A DNA stretch of 64,000 nucleotides from Candidatus Poribacteria bacterium (GTDB taxonomy: Bacteria > Poribacteria > WGA-4E > PCPOR2b): assembly GCA_965208325.1 (NCBI GenBank), contig OZ242326.1, positions 32,001 through 96,000 of the forward strand. Reading direction: 5' to 3'. The notes under the pieces were generated by a model. The model saw only the letters and a program-made list of their open reading frames with translations. It was not told where the DNA came from and ran no database searches. The position numbers and the translations under genes were made by a program. Positions 11,040-20,567 of the stretch are shown piece after piece; positions within the stretch are counted from its first letter, which is position 1, and each line of letters starts with the position of its first letter.

Positions 11040-11705
11040 TTATTTGTCTCTGAGGCTGTTGATAAGCAGCCGTGAAAATAACCGCATTTCCCGAAGCGTT
11101 TTGACATTGCTGACTTCGTCCCCGTAGATGGTTTGGATTCCCGTGCTCTCAATCCGAAAACCGAGCCGCCCGGCTTTAATTAAAAGTTCCGATTCAGTTT
11201 CATACCGCTCGGTGTTCAGTCGGACGGTTTTCAAAACTTCAGCCTTGATGAGTCGGTAACCTGACTGAAAATCCGGGACGTTTTGCCCGCAGAGCGCTGA
11301 ACCAACGGTGGAAACCAAGCAGTTATTCAACCGTCGATGCAGAGGCATTCTCAACCGATCCTTAAACCGTGCACCGACAAGGATATCCGGACGTGTTCGA
11401 CGGAAATGATCGAAGAACCTCGGTAAATCCATGGGGTCATGTTGCCCATCGCTATCCATAGCGGCGATCAACTCATAGCCGTTCTGAAGCGCGTAATCGT
11501 AGCCGGTGCGCAGCGCGCGTCCCTTCCCGCGATTATGAGCATGTTTCAGTTCAACAGCGCCGTGCGCCGTCGCAATCTCCGCGGTGTTATCGGTTGATCC
11601 GTCATCAATAACGACAATGCGTCCGACGAATAGGCTTGCTTCTTGGATAATCCGGCCAATGGTTGGCGATTCATTGTAGGCAGGTAAGAGTAGACAGGTT
11701 TTCAT
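11040..11705 (-). CDS. Glycosyltransferase family 2 (polyprenol-phosphate sugar transferase-like)
   Basis: PAYNE, DDGSTD, NRGKG, DSDGQH and DFQSGYR motifs. Confidence 0.9.
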   Translation of the reverse strand: MKTCLLLPAYNESPTIGRIIQEASLFVGRIVVIDDGSTDNTAEIATAHGAVELKHAHNRGKGRALRTGYDYALQNGYELIAAMDSDGQHDPMDLPRFFDHFRRTRPDILVGARFKDRLRMPLHRRLNNCLVSTVGSALCGQNVPDFQSGYRLIKAEVLKTVRLNTERYETESELLIKAGRLGFRIESTGIQTIYGDEVSNVKTLREMRLFSRLLINSLRDK

Positions 11706-11729
11706 GAGATTAAAACCCGAACCGTGGGT

Positions 11730-13013
11730 TCATTGAATTATCAGCCTTGCGAACCGGCGTTTCCCAACTTGCAACACACTCCCGCTAGAAAGGTCAATTT
11801 CAAGAGATGAATCGGCGATCCGCTCATTGTCAAGACGCACGCCGCCTTGTTGAACCAGCCGCCTTGCTTCGCTAGTGCTTTTGGCAAATCCGGCGCGCGT
11901 GATGAGATGGGCAAGCCAAATTTTGCCATCGGCGAGTGCAGTCGAGGGGATATGAACGTGGGGTAGGTCATCAGGGAGTTGGCGGTCGCGGTGAACCTTA
12001 TCAAATTCAGCCTCGGCGGATTTCGCCGCGTTCCGATGGTGGTAGATGGACACAATCTCGCGCGCGAGTCTCTGCTTTACGACTTTCGGGTGAAGCTCGC
12101 CGCCGGTTAATTTTACTTTTAGCTCTTGGATGTCATCAAGCGGTACATCGGTTGCTAGCTTAAAGTAGGTAATCATCAACTCGTCGGGTATTGACATCAA
12201 CTTTGCATACATATCATTGGGCGGCTCATATATCCCGACATAGTTGCCGAGGGATTTACTCATTTTCTCGCTTCCGTCCAACCCGACGAGCAAGGGCATC
12301 AGCAGTGCAACCTGAGGTTGCTGGCCGTGTGCACGTTGGAGGTCTCTTCCCGCCAGAATATTGAATTTTTGGTCGGTGCCGCCCATTTCGATGTCTGCTT
12401 CCAAGTACACGGAATCATAGCCCTGACACACGGGATACAGCATTTCGTGAACGCTTATCGGCGCTTTGCGCTCGAATCTAGCGGCGAAATCGTCTCGTTC
12501 TAACACCCTGGCTACTGTAGTTTTAGCCGTAAGGTTGATTACATCCGCGAAGCACATCTTGCCGAGCCATTCACTGTTGAATACCGTGGAGGTTTTCGAC
12601 GGATCCAATATTTTGCAATATTGTTCTTCGTAGGTTTTGGCGTTGAGGCGGATTTGCTCCTCTGAAAGCTGCGGCCTAGTCTTAGAGGTTCCAGTGGGAT
12701 CGCCAATCATGGCCGTAAAGTCACCGATGATGACAATGACTTGATGGCCCAGATTTTGAAACTGACGGAGTTTGCGTAGTACGACGGCAAGTCCAAGATG
12801 AATATCCGGCGCAGTTGGATCCAGCCCAAGTTTGACGCGCAGGGGTCGGTTTTGTTCCCGAGCCATCTCCAATTTTCGGAGAAGTTCTTCCTTGGAGATA
12901 ATCTCTGCTGTGCCTCTGCCGATGAGGTCAACCTGTTCATCTATACTCAATTCAGCATGCACGCTGGATTCCCCGTTAGATATCGTCTGGAGGTCTTCAC
13001 TACTACGGTTCAA
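11730..13013 (-). CDS. tyrS: Tyrosine--tRNA ligase
   Basis: GLDPTAPDIHLG, GGTDQKFN, KMSKS and C-terminal S4 domain. Start codon uncertain. Confidence 0.97.
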   Translation of the reverse strand: MNRSSEDLQTISNGESSVHAELSIDEQVDLIGRGTAEIISKEELLRKLEMAREQNRPLRVKLGLDPTAPDIHLGLAVVLRKLRQFQNLGHQVIVIIGDFTAMIGDPTGTSKTRPQLSEEQIRLNAKTYEEQYCKILDPSKTSTVFNSEWLGKMCFADVINLTAKTTVARVLERDDFAARFERKAPISVHEMLYPVCQGYDSVYLEADIEMGGTDQKFNILAGRDLQRAHGQQPQVALLMPLLVGLDGSEKMSKSLGNYVGIYEPPNDMYAKLMSIPDELMITYFKLATDVPLDDIQELKVKLTGGELHPKVVKQRLAREIVSIYHHRNAAKSAEAEFDKVHRDRQLPDDLPHVHIPSTALADGKIWLAHLITRAGFAKSTSEARRLVQQGGVRLDNERIADSSLEIDLSSGSVLQVGKRRFARLIIQ

Positions 13014-13020
13014 GGTAGTT

Positions 13021-13050
13021 ATTATACTACACCTTGCATGATTCAGTCAA
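13021..13050 (-). promoter_or_regulatory. Sigma70-type promoter for tyrS
   Basis: Minus strand TTGACT-N18-TATAAT immediately upstream of tyrS. Confidence 0.55.
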
Positions 13051-13190
13051 CGATATATCAATTCAACAACGATAAGACTTCATGTGGAAAATCAGCTATC
13101 GCAGACTATCCGAGCGTGTGCGGCACGTTTCTAAACGGCCTACGTCATAGCGAATCTAGCATTGAGGCATAGGACTCATCCTCACGGTTT

Positions 13191-13742
13191 TTATTGAACT
13201 GTACCGGTTAGCTTCCCCCTGAATTCTTCTTTGAATTTTCGGATTTTGGGCTCGATTACGAACTGGCAGTATGGTTGGTTGGGATTGAGACTATAGTAAT
13301 TCTGGTGATAAACCTCCGCCGCGTAAAAATCGAGACAAGGTACAATCTCTGTAACGATCGGATTCGGCCACAAGCCAGAGGCGTCCGTTTCACGCTTGGA
13401 GGATTCGGCGATAGCTTTCTGTTCATCGCTGTGATAAAAAATAGCTGAACGGTATTGGGTACCAACGTCGGCGCCCTGCCGGTTCAAAGTCGTTGGGTCG
13501 TGCGTGCGCCAAAAGACATATAGCAGGTCGTCAAATGAAATGACTTGGGGAGCAAAAGAAATCTGCGCTACTTCGGCATGTCCGGTGGTTCCGCTGCAAA
13601 CCTGCTGGTATGTTGGGTTTTTAACCACGCCGCCGGCGTAGCCGGAAACTACCTGTTGCACGCCTTCTAGACGTTGAAATACGGCTTCGACGCACCAGAA
13701 ACAACCGGCGCCAAACGTTGCTGTTTCAAATTTAGTCGACAT
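13191..13742 (-). CDS. msrA: Peptide-methionine (S)-S-oxide reductase
   Basis: GAGCFWC, TGHAE, HDPT, GTQYRS and YHQNYY motifs. Confidence 0.97.
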   Translation of the reverse strand: MSTKFETATFGAGCFWCVEAVFQRLEGVQQVVSGYAGGVVKNPTYQQVCSGTTGHAEVAQISFAPQVISFDDLLYVFWRTHDPTTLNRQGADVGTQYRSAIFYHSDEQKAIAESSKRETDASGLWPNPIVTEIVPCLDFYAAEVYHQNYYSLNPNQPYCQFVIEPKIRKFKEEFRGKLTGTVQ

Positions 13743-13798
13743 TTTTTCTTCACCGCAACCATGGTGCTTACTATGACGAGATTGGAAATACTGCCCTC

Positions 13799-13827
13799 AT
13801 TTTAGCAACTAGCGTCCGGTTTGTCAA
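13799..13827 (-). promoter_or_regulatory. Sigma70-type promoter for msrA
   Basis: Minus strand TTGACA-N17-TAAAAT. Confidence 0.6.
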
Positions 13828-13948
13828 TCGCCAAACAGTGGAACGGACGCCTCAATGAGTCTCGAATTATTTTGATGTTGCATTCCAATTCTGTCTGCTA
13901 TATCATAGGCTGTTACTTCTTCATGGTAGCCCGTAGAAGGAATCGTCT

Positions 13949-14746
13949 ATGAAAATCACGGTTCTCGGTTCAGGCACTTCGACAGGCGTGCCGGAATATA
14001 AATGCAGTTGCGAAACATGTGAAGATGCGCGAACGTTGCACTCAAAAAACTGTAGGACACGCCCGTCGATTCACATTGAAAAGCATGGGAAGCATCTGCA
14101 ATTCGATACCGGTCCCAACTTTATCGATCAGATTGATAGGAATAAAGTCGAATGGATTGACGCGGTGATTTATACCCACTGTCACGCCGATCATACCAGC
14201 GGGACAAATGACTTGGTTATGCCCTGCCGTAAGCAGAAGATGGATATACCGATTTACGGTCCGGAGGAGACGATACGGATTCTGGAGCGCAATTACGATT
14301 ACATGTTTAGCAAGGAGGTATTTCAAGGCGGCGGCGTTGGGCATTTGCTGCCTCACACCGTCAATGAGCGTTTTGAGATGCACGGGTTCGAGATTACGCC
14401 GCTTCCCGTTGAGCATGCAGCTGTCACGACGTTCGGCTATCGGATTGACGACTTCGGTTACCTCCCCGACGTGAAGCGCTTACCAGATTCTTCCAAAGCA
14501 TTGCTGCGCGGCATTGAGGTGCTAATCATTGATGCGCTAAGCTTCAATCCGCGTCACCCAACCCATCTCGCTGTTGGAGAGGCGGTAGAAATCGTAAATG
14601 AGCTACAGCCGCGAGAAGCCTACTTTACGCACATAATGCACCGACTAGATCACCGGTATTTTCGTGATCAGTGCCAAGAACAAAGCATTGAATTACCGGA
14701 ATATGCCTATCTGTCGTACGATGGGCAGGCAATTGAAATTCTGTAA
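13949..14746 (+). CDS. MBL-fold metallo-hydrolase (PhnP-like phosphodiesterase)
   Basis: LGSGTSTGVP, CxCxxC, THCHADH and later H/D metal ligands. Confidence 0.9.
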   Translation: MKITVLGSGTSTGVPEYKCSCETCEDARTLHSKNCRTRPSIHIEKHGKHLQFDTGPNFIDQIDRNKVEWIDAVIYTHCHADHTSGTNDLVMPCRKQKMDIPIYGPEETIRILERNYDYMFSKEVFQGGGVGHLLPHTVNERFEMHGFEITPLPVEHAAVTTFGYRIDDFGYLPDVKRLPDSSKALLRGIEVLIIDALSFNPRHPTHLAVGEAVEIVNELQPREAYFTHIMHRLDHRYFRDQCQEQSIELPEYAYLSYDGQAIEIL

Positions 14747-14855
14747 TGCGGCAATAATTGGGAATTGTATACGATAGCGTTTGTAAGTTTGGTTGCACAT
14801 TGCGGATATTGTCAAGCGCGCGGGTTCATACTCTTTGAGAATGGTGATTAACGAA

Positions 14856-15626
14856 ATGAAATTTCCGAAAGGGATTTGGAGTATGGCTATTGTTTTTTTG
14901 TGCTTGATTGTTGCTTCGGAAAGCTATGCCGCCGACATCTGGCTTTTCGATGAAGTTAACGGTGATAAAGTTGCGGAAGTGTCCGGAACAGGAATTGTAG
15001 GAAAAATTTCTGGCAACTACAAATTCGTAGCGGGCAAGTTCGGCGAAGCATTGGAATTCAACGGGAAAAACACCTCTGTTCTGTTTGAGAATGACGATTC
15101 GACGCAGGCTTTTATACTTCATCGCGGCAAGGATGTTTCCTTGGTCTTTTGGGCGAAACCGTCGAGCGGCAATTTTAGAACGATTTCCTGGACACGAGGT
15201 GACGGTGCTGACGCGGATAGATTCAATATCCATTCAGGTCCCTGCCCGACCCTTGGATTCGATTACAGGGAGGTGAATGGAAACATTCATCAGGGACTTT
15301 ACGAAAATGTACCACTTGCCATAAATGAATGGACGCACGTTGCGATTACGCGAGAAGGAAATACATACAATACTTATAGCAATGGGAACCTGGTATCGCA
15401 AGGGGAAGATCAAAATCCAGCATTGCCTCAATCTACAAGGTGGATGTTGAGTAGACCCGGGTTCATTTTTGGTGGGATTATAGATGAAATTAGATTCTTC
15501 GAATCGGTGCTTAATGAAAATGATGTCGCCAACATCATGGAAAATGGCCTCGAATCAACCACGCTCGCCGTGGCGCCGTCAGGCAAGATTTCCACGACCT
15601 GGGCACGGTTGAAGCGCGGTAGATAA
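14856..15626 (+). CDS. Secreted LamG-like jellyroll domain protein
   Basis: Signal peptide, WLFDE, GKFGEALEFNG, EWTHVAIT, FGGIIDEIRFF, and C-terminal AVAPSGKISTTWARLK. ATG at 14856 chosen over the upstream TTG. Confidence 0.85.
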   Translation: MKFPKGIWSMAIVFLCLIVASESYAADIWLFDEVNGDKVAEVSGTGIVGKISGNYKFVAGKFGEALEFNGKNTSVLFENDDSTQAFILHRGKDVSLVFWAKPSSGNFRTISWTRGDGADADRFNIHSGPCPTLGFDYREVNGNIHQGLYENVPLAINEWTHVAITREGNTYNTYSNGNLVSQGEDQNPALPQSTRWMLSRPGFIFGGIIDEIRFFESVLNENDVANIMENGLESTTLAVAPSGKISTTWARLKRGR

Positions 15627-15759
15627 TTTCACCGGCAAAACATCCATGAAAACACTGCCTTTAACGGTGTTTGCAGGAAGACTCACGACCCTAATACCCA
15701 ACCTACAGGAACTTACATAGGAGCGAGGTGTCAAATCGTCCCGATCGCTCAGCATTTTC

Positions 15760-16389
15760 ATGAATGAAATTCAACAGCTACAACTCTACGGGTTTTGCAC
15801 TATCGCCAGTGCTTATGAGGTTAATTCGTTAAGGAACGAATGCTCGCGTGTCTTCGATAAACTAAGCTCGAATGTCGTAGATGCAAACGAAAATGAGGTG
15901 TTAAATCATGCCTTGAATGCGTGTCCAATTGTAATGAATATAGTCGAAGCATTAATAGGTACTGAGCATACTCGAACGGCCTCATTCAAGCGAACACTTC
16001 CGAACGATACATCATTCAGTTGTACCTACCATGTCCATTGCGATGAAACTGAATCATTGGCACTTGATAATTACAATAACCGGCTCCGAAAATCGCCGCA
16101 TGTACCCTGCATGATAAACAGCATCATTACCTTAACCGATTTCACGGCGGATAATGGCTTTGGCGTAATCCCGATGAGTCACCATAGTCCTTTTTTGAAA
16201 CGGCATCAATTCCTTACCGCAGTCGATCCTGTTGTTGAAAATGACTTCTTATTCCCTGTCATCGCGCCAGCAGGTTCGGTGATTCTATGGGACAATCGAT
16301 TGAGGCATGCTCAACTTCCCAACAAAACAGATGAGAGCCGATTGAACATCAACGTATCCTATTTTGCAAAATGGTGGAGAAACTATTGA
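15760..16389 (+). CDS. Phytanoyl-CoA dioxygenase (PhyH) family 2OG-Fe(II) oxygenase, divergent
   Basis: HxD (HCD), LTDFTADNG..VIPMSH, AGSVILWD..LRH and distal R motifs. Confidence 0.75.
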   Translation: MNEIQQLQLYGFCTIASAYEVNSLRNECSRVFDKLSSNVVDANENEVLNHALNACPIVMNIVEALIGTEHTRTASFKRTLPNDTSFSCTYHVHCDETESLALDNYNNRLRKSPHVPCMINSIITLTDFTADNGFGVIPMSHHSPFLKRHQFLTAVDPVVENDFLFPVIAPAGSVILWDNRLRHAQLPNKTDESRLNINVSYFAKWWRNY

Positions 16390-16749
16390 TAAAATCTATA
16401 CCATCAATTGCAATTATATACTCACTAATCAGAAAACGAAACGCACGCAGGATAACTACGTGCTTCCTACAACACCACTTAACCCAAGATGGAATAACTG
16501 CCTAGCCGCGCTGACATTACGATATTCTGCGGCTATCTATGTTGACAACATCTGTTCCTGTTTGGTATACTAAACCTCGTCACCTCGAATAGTAAAACGC
16601 GGGAACGCATGGTGAATATACAAACACGCTAGGCGAAACGCTTGGAACACAGTGTAGAAGTGGACATTTACAAGTTTATGCCGCGGTATTATTCGTCCTA
16701 TTGGCAAAATGCCACCGTTTGTGTTCTGTTAGCGTGAATGAGAAGTACG

Positions 16750-16923
16750 ATGGAAAATTGGATAATTCCCACAATCGCTGTGGTTATTTCCGTTGCTGGA
16801 CTTTGGTGGAAAATTACAACCAAAATGGCTACCAAGGCTGACATTACCGAGCTGAAAAATGACATCCGAGAGATTAGGCAAATGCTATTTAGCCATGTTA
16901 GCAATTCGCATATTCATGAGTAA
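16750..16923 (+). CDS. Small membrane-anchored coiled-coil protein
   Basis: 57 aa: hydrophobic N-terminus (WIIPTIAVVISVAGLWW) followed by an ATKADITELKNDIREIR coiled coil. Confidence 0.55.
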   Translation: MENWIIPTIAVVISVAGLWWKITTKMATKADITELKNDIREIRQMLFSHVSNSHIHE

Positions 16924-17208
16924 GGAGTCACCAAGCCCTAATATACGTGGACGATGGTAGTCGCGCCTTTAGCTCTACTCCACCACAGTAAGCCAATTGC
17001 ATCCCCTACCTCAGTGAAGGTCTTCTGCTAGGTTATTTTACGCAGCATCTAATCTAGCACCCTATTCCTCTACAGTAATTTCAAGAACGCCAGCCCTTCC
17101 GCATATTCACGGCACAAACTCGCAGGCCACCGAAATAGGCTGGCATCTCGACAATGGACCAGATTGCAACAATTGAACAAGACGCTTTCATTGTTTGTTT
17201 GAAAATCG

Positions 17209-19125
17209 TTACCCGTCCCGGCCCCATTTGGCTGAGTCTTCCAGTTCCCGCTTGGGCAGAATCACACGGTCGCCCGCCTTCAATCCGCTCTTGATGATGA
17301 TTTCGGTATCGTTCTGCATACCTGTCTGAATAGAAACTTTTTTGCCTTGTGATGCGTCCTTTTTGACGTCGCCGCCATCTTCATCAAGCAGAGCGAACTT
17401 TTCTTTAGAAATATCTACTTTCGCAGCAACACCGTCGAGAATCTCGCGGCCGTTTGCAAGAAGGGCGAAGGTATGCCGCCCAGGGCGCAAGCCGCGCTGT
17501 GAACTATCAATCGAAACTGTCAATTCACTGTCTTTCGTCCCGATAACACTCCCTTTGAAGATTTTTCCATTGGGGCTTTTGACCTCAATGGGTTGATTTG
17601 GCTTAAATGCTGCCCCATCATCGCCGACTTGCGCCGCGACTATCACGGACGTTTTTTCTTCGATGGCATCCCTCGGCAGCACCAAAACGTCATTCTCTTC
17701 ATAAGTGATGATATCTACATCAGCGCTCATGCCCGGGCGGAGTTCCGGAGGGGAACCAACAACTTTGACCATAACCTCAAAAGTAATGATATTGTCGCGT
17801 TCAACCCCGCTGGGCGCGATTTCTACGACGCGTCCCTCATAAATTTTGTTCTGATACGCATCGGCTTTTATTTCTGCCTTTTGGTTCAAACGAAGTCTTT
17901 CCATGTCGACCTCGTTGATGAAGGTCTTCACGACCATTTTCGACAAATCTCCGATCGTCATCACGGGTGGACTTTGCGCAAATGCCGATCTGCCCGACGT
18001 TACAATCTCTCCCTCTTCGACTTCCAGAAGCGTCACGGTGCCTGACATGGGCGCTCGAATCGTCGTCCATCCCAATCGTTCCTCTTGGTTTTTTAAGTTA
18101 CTTTCGCGCCGCAATAGATTTGCTTTTGCACTCTCTTTTGACTCCTCGACGACGTTCTTTTCCTCGTTTATAGTTCGTTGAATCTCGGTAAGCCGGGTTT
18201 GTGCAATTTTCAGATGGAGTGCGGCTTCTTCTTCTTCCGCCTTTCTCATCTCGCGCAGTTTGTCCAGATTTAGTTTCTGATACGTAAGTGTTGCGTTGCG
18301 GGTATCTATCGCCGTTTTTCTTGTGTCAATGGTCTTCCGTTGAGACTCCAGTGTTTCTTTTTGAGATGCCACGCGCTGAACTGCACTGTTATATTGTGAC
18401 AATGCACTGGCGCGCCTCGATTGCGCTTCTTCTAAAGATCTTTTGGAAACCAGTTTTTTCTCAAACAGTTCCTTGTTCCGTTTCAGTTCTGCCTCGGCAT
18501 TATCAAGTTCTACTTTCGCTGAATCGCGTGCTGTCTCAAGTTCCGAGAGCGTTAATTCCGCCTGATTGAGTCCAATTTTTGCTTGATCCAACGCGATCTC
18601 ATCCTGCACTAAGTCGTTTTTCGTCGTCTGGATTTGGGTTTCCGCTTGAATAATCTGCGTTAAGGATGCCGTTATGGTGGTATTTGAACTGGCTTCCGCA
18701 ATTTTGACATTGTCCTCCGCTTGCTGCTGTTGGCTGTGAAGCTCTTCTTTCTTTAGTACGATATTGAGTTCAGCTTGGTTTAACGCTGCCTCCGACGCAT
18801 CGACATCCGCTTTAGCCTGTCTCATTTGCTCTATGTACTGTTCCGGATCGATTTCTAGCAACACCTGACCCGCCTCGACAAAGTCCCCTTCATCAACATA
18901 AAGTTTAATAATCTCACCTTCAACGTTTGACTTTACTTCGACATCCACAAGCGGTTCCAAGTTGCCTGTCGCACTAATTCGCATCTGGAAATCCCCCTGT
19001 TTGACGATTTCAACTTTTTTATCCGGTTCAGTCGAATCCTCCCTACATGCTTTTATCCATCCGCACGAGGCGATGGATACTGCTAAAACCAGGATCGTAA
19101 CAACATTGATGACAACTTTCATCAT
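17209..19125 (-). CDS. Efflux periplasmic adaptor (MacA/HlyD-like) with a very long coiled coil; probable lipoprotein
   Basis: IASC lipobox, VEVKSNVEGEI..LYVDEGD, long alpha hairpin, IRAPMSGTV and LRPGMSA motifs. Confidence 0.85.
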   Translation of the reverse strand: MMKVVINVVTILVLAVSIASCGWIKACREDSTEPDKKVEIVKQGDFQMRISATGNLEPLVDVEVKSNVEGEIIKLYVDEGDFVEAGQVLLEIDPEQYIEQMRQAKADVDASEAALNQAELNIVLKKEELHSQQQQAEDNVKIAEASSNTTITASLTQIIQAETQIQTTKNDLVQDEIALDQAKIGLNQAELTLSELETARDSAKVELDNAEAELKRNKELFEKKLVSKRSLEEAQSRRASALSQYNSAVQRVASQKETLESQRKTIDTRKTAIDTRNATLTYQKLNLDKLREMRKAEEEEAALHLKIAQTRLTEIQRTINEEKNVVEESKESAKANLLRRESNLKNQEERLGWTTIRAPMSGTVTLLEVEEGEIVTSGRSAFAQSPPVMTIGDLSKMVVKTFINEVDMERLRLNQKAEIKADAYQNKIYEGRVVEIAPSGVERDNIITFEVMVKVVGSPPELRPGMSADVDIITYEENDVLVLPRDAIEEKTSVIVAAQVGDDGAAFKPNQPIEVKSPNGKIFKGSVIGTKDSELTVSIDSSQRGLRPGRHTFALLANGREILDGVAAKVDISKEKFALLDEDGGDVKKDASQGKKVSIQTGMQNDTEIIIKSGLKAGDRVILPKRELEDSAKWGRDG

Positions 19126-19193
19126 AATTTGACGACTCCTCCATGCATTTTTCGTTCAATAATGCCCAATGCCTATTTCTATGAAAACTGCGC

Positions 19194-20498
19194 TTACTCC
19201 GACCGAATGGCTTCTACGGGCGTGAGTTTTGCGGCTTTGTTTGCCGGGTACAAACCGAAAAAAATGCCAACACCTATCGAAACGCTCAGAGCAACGACCA
19301 TAGCTCCGAACGACACTACTGAAGGCCAATCGCTCCCCGGCCATACGTATTTCGTGATGAGTATAGCAGTGCCCTGACCCATAAATACGCCGACAACCGC
19401 GCCCAAAATTCCTCCGGTTACGCTCAGCACAGCCGCTTCGATAAGAAACTGAGTTAATATATCTCGCCGCTTTGCACCGATAGCTTTCCGCAATCCGATT
19501 TCCTTTGTGCGTTCAGTGACGGAGACGAGCATGATGTTCATGATACCGATCCCGGCTACAAATAACGCGATGCCGGCAATGCCGCCCATTACGAATTTCA
19601 TCGTATTCCCAATCTTCTCGGCGGTTGCAAGCTCATCCCTTGCCGTCCAATATTGATATGCTTCTCCTGAACCGTGGTGCCTTCTCCCAAGAATTCTTTT
19701 TGATTCCTCCTTTGCAGTTTCGACCATATTCAGACTGGCAGCTTCTACCCGGATGCGCTCGATATGCTTTTTGCCCTTAAAGCGCTGTTGCAATGTGGTA
19801 ATCGGAATAATGAAGCGATCGTCCCAGCCTTGCGTATCCATTGCATCGCCTTTCTCTTCCATTACGCCAACCACGGTCAAGCGTACGTCGAAACGCGGAC
19901 CCCAACTTGATGCACGCGTCGCCTTAATCTCTTCGCCGATAGGGGAATTCTCATCGAACAGTTCTTCGTAGACCTTTGAACCGATGAGAGCAACAGTCCG
20001 CGCGGATTTGACATCTTCATCGGATAAAAAGCGGCCCATCTGAACATACCAGTTATGCAATCTATCGTATCCATCTGTGGTTGCCGTGACCTGGGACGGC
20101 TTGCTTCTGCCTTTATAATTCAAATTCCAATTGCCGTAATCATCTTCCGGGACGACGTGGTGGACACCTTGTGCATTTTCACGGATTGCTTGTGCATCAG
20201 AGGTTTCTAGATGTTCTGCGCGGTTCTTCCGCCAACGGCCGCGCCTTACCGTTTGACCCGCTGCACGGGTCAATGTGCCCGATTGCCGATCCCATTCGTC
20301 ACGGTATATCTCAATAACGTTCAAACCCCCGGTGCGCTCAATCTCTCTCAATACCATCGCACGCGAACCGTCCCCAATCGAAACCACGCTGACTACGGCG
20401 CCAACACCGATGACGATTCCCAAAATTGTTAGACTAGAGCGAAGTAGGTTCCGGCGTAAATTCGCAATGCCGAGGGCGATATACTCGACAAAAAACAT
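19194..20498 (-). CDS. MacB-like ABC transporter permease
   Basis: RSSLTILGIVIGV, GIMNIMLVSVTERTKEIGLRKAIGA and FFGLYPA motifs. ATG at 20498 has a purine-rich RBS. Confidence 0.92.
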   Translation of the reverse strand: MFFVEYIALGIANLRRNLLRSSLTILGIVIGVGAVVSVVSIGDGSRAMVLREIERTGGLNVIEIYRDEWDRQSGTLTRAAGQTVRRGRWRKNRAEHLETSDAQAIRENAQGVHHVVPEDDYGNWNLNYKGRSKPSQVTATTDGYDRLHNWYVQMGRFLSDEDVKSARTVALIGSKVYEELFDENSPIGEEIKATRASSWGPRFDVRLTVVGVMEEKGDAMDTQGWDDRFIIPITTLQQRFKGKKHIERIRVEAASLNMVETAKEESKRILGRRHHGSGEAYQYWTARDELATAEKIGNTMKFVMGGIAGIALFVAGIGIMNIMLVSVTERTKEIGLRKAIGAKRRDILTQFLIEAAVLSVTGGILGAVVGVFMGQGTAILITKYVWPGSDWPSVVSFGAMVVALSVSIGVGIFFGLYPANKAAKLTPVEAIRSE

Positions 20499-20567
20499 AT
20501 CCCTGTTCCTCCCAACAGGATTGGACCTTGACGATTGACATCGGTGATTCAATCGCCAACGTCACCA

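Noticed and set aside
16416..16432. 17-bp exact match ATATACTCACTAATCAG also at 30412-30428
   Set aside because: A single match of this length in 64 kb is plausible by chance, the flanks do not extend, and core genes lie between the copies.
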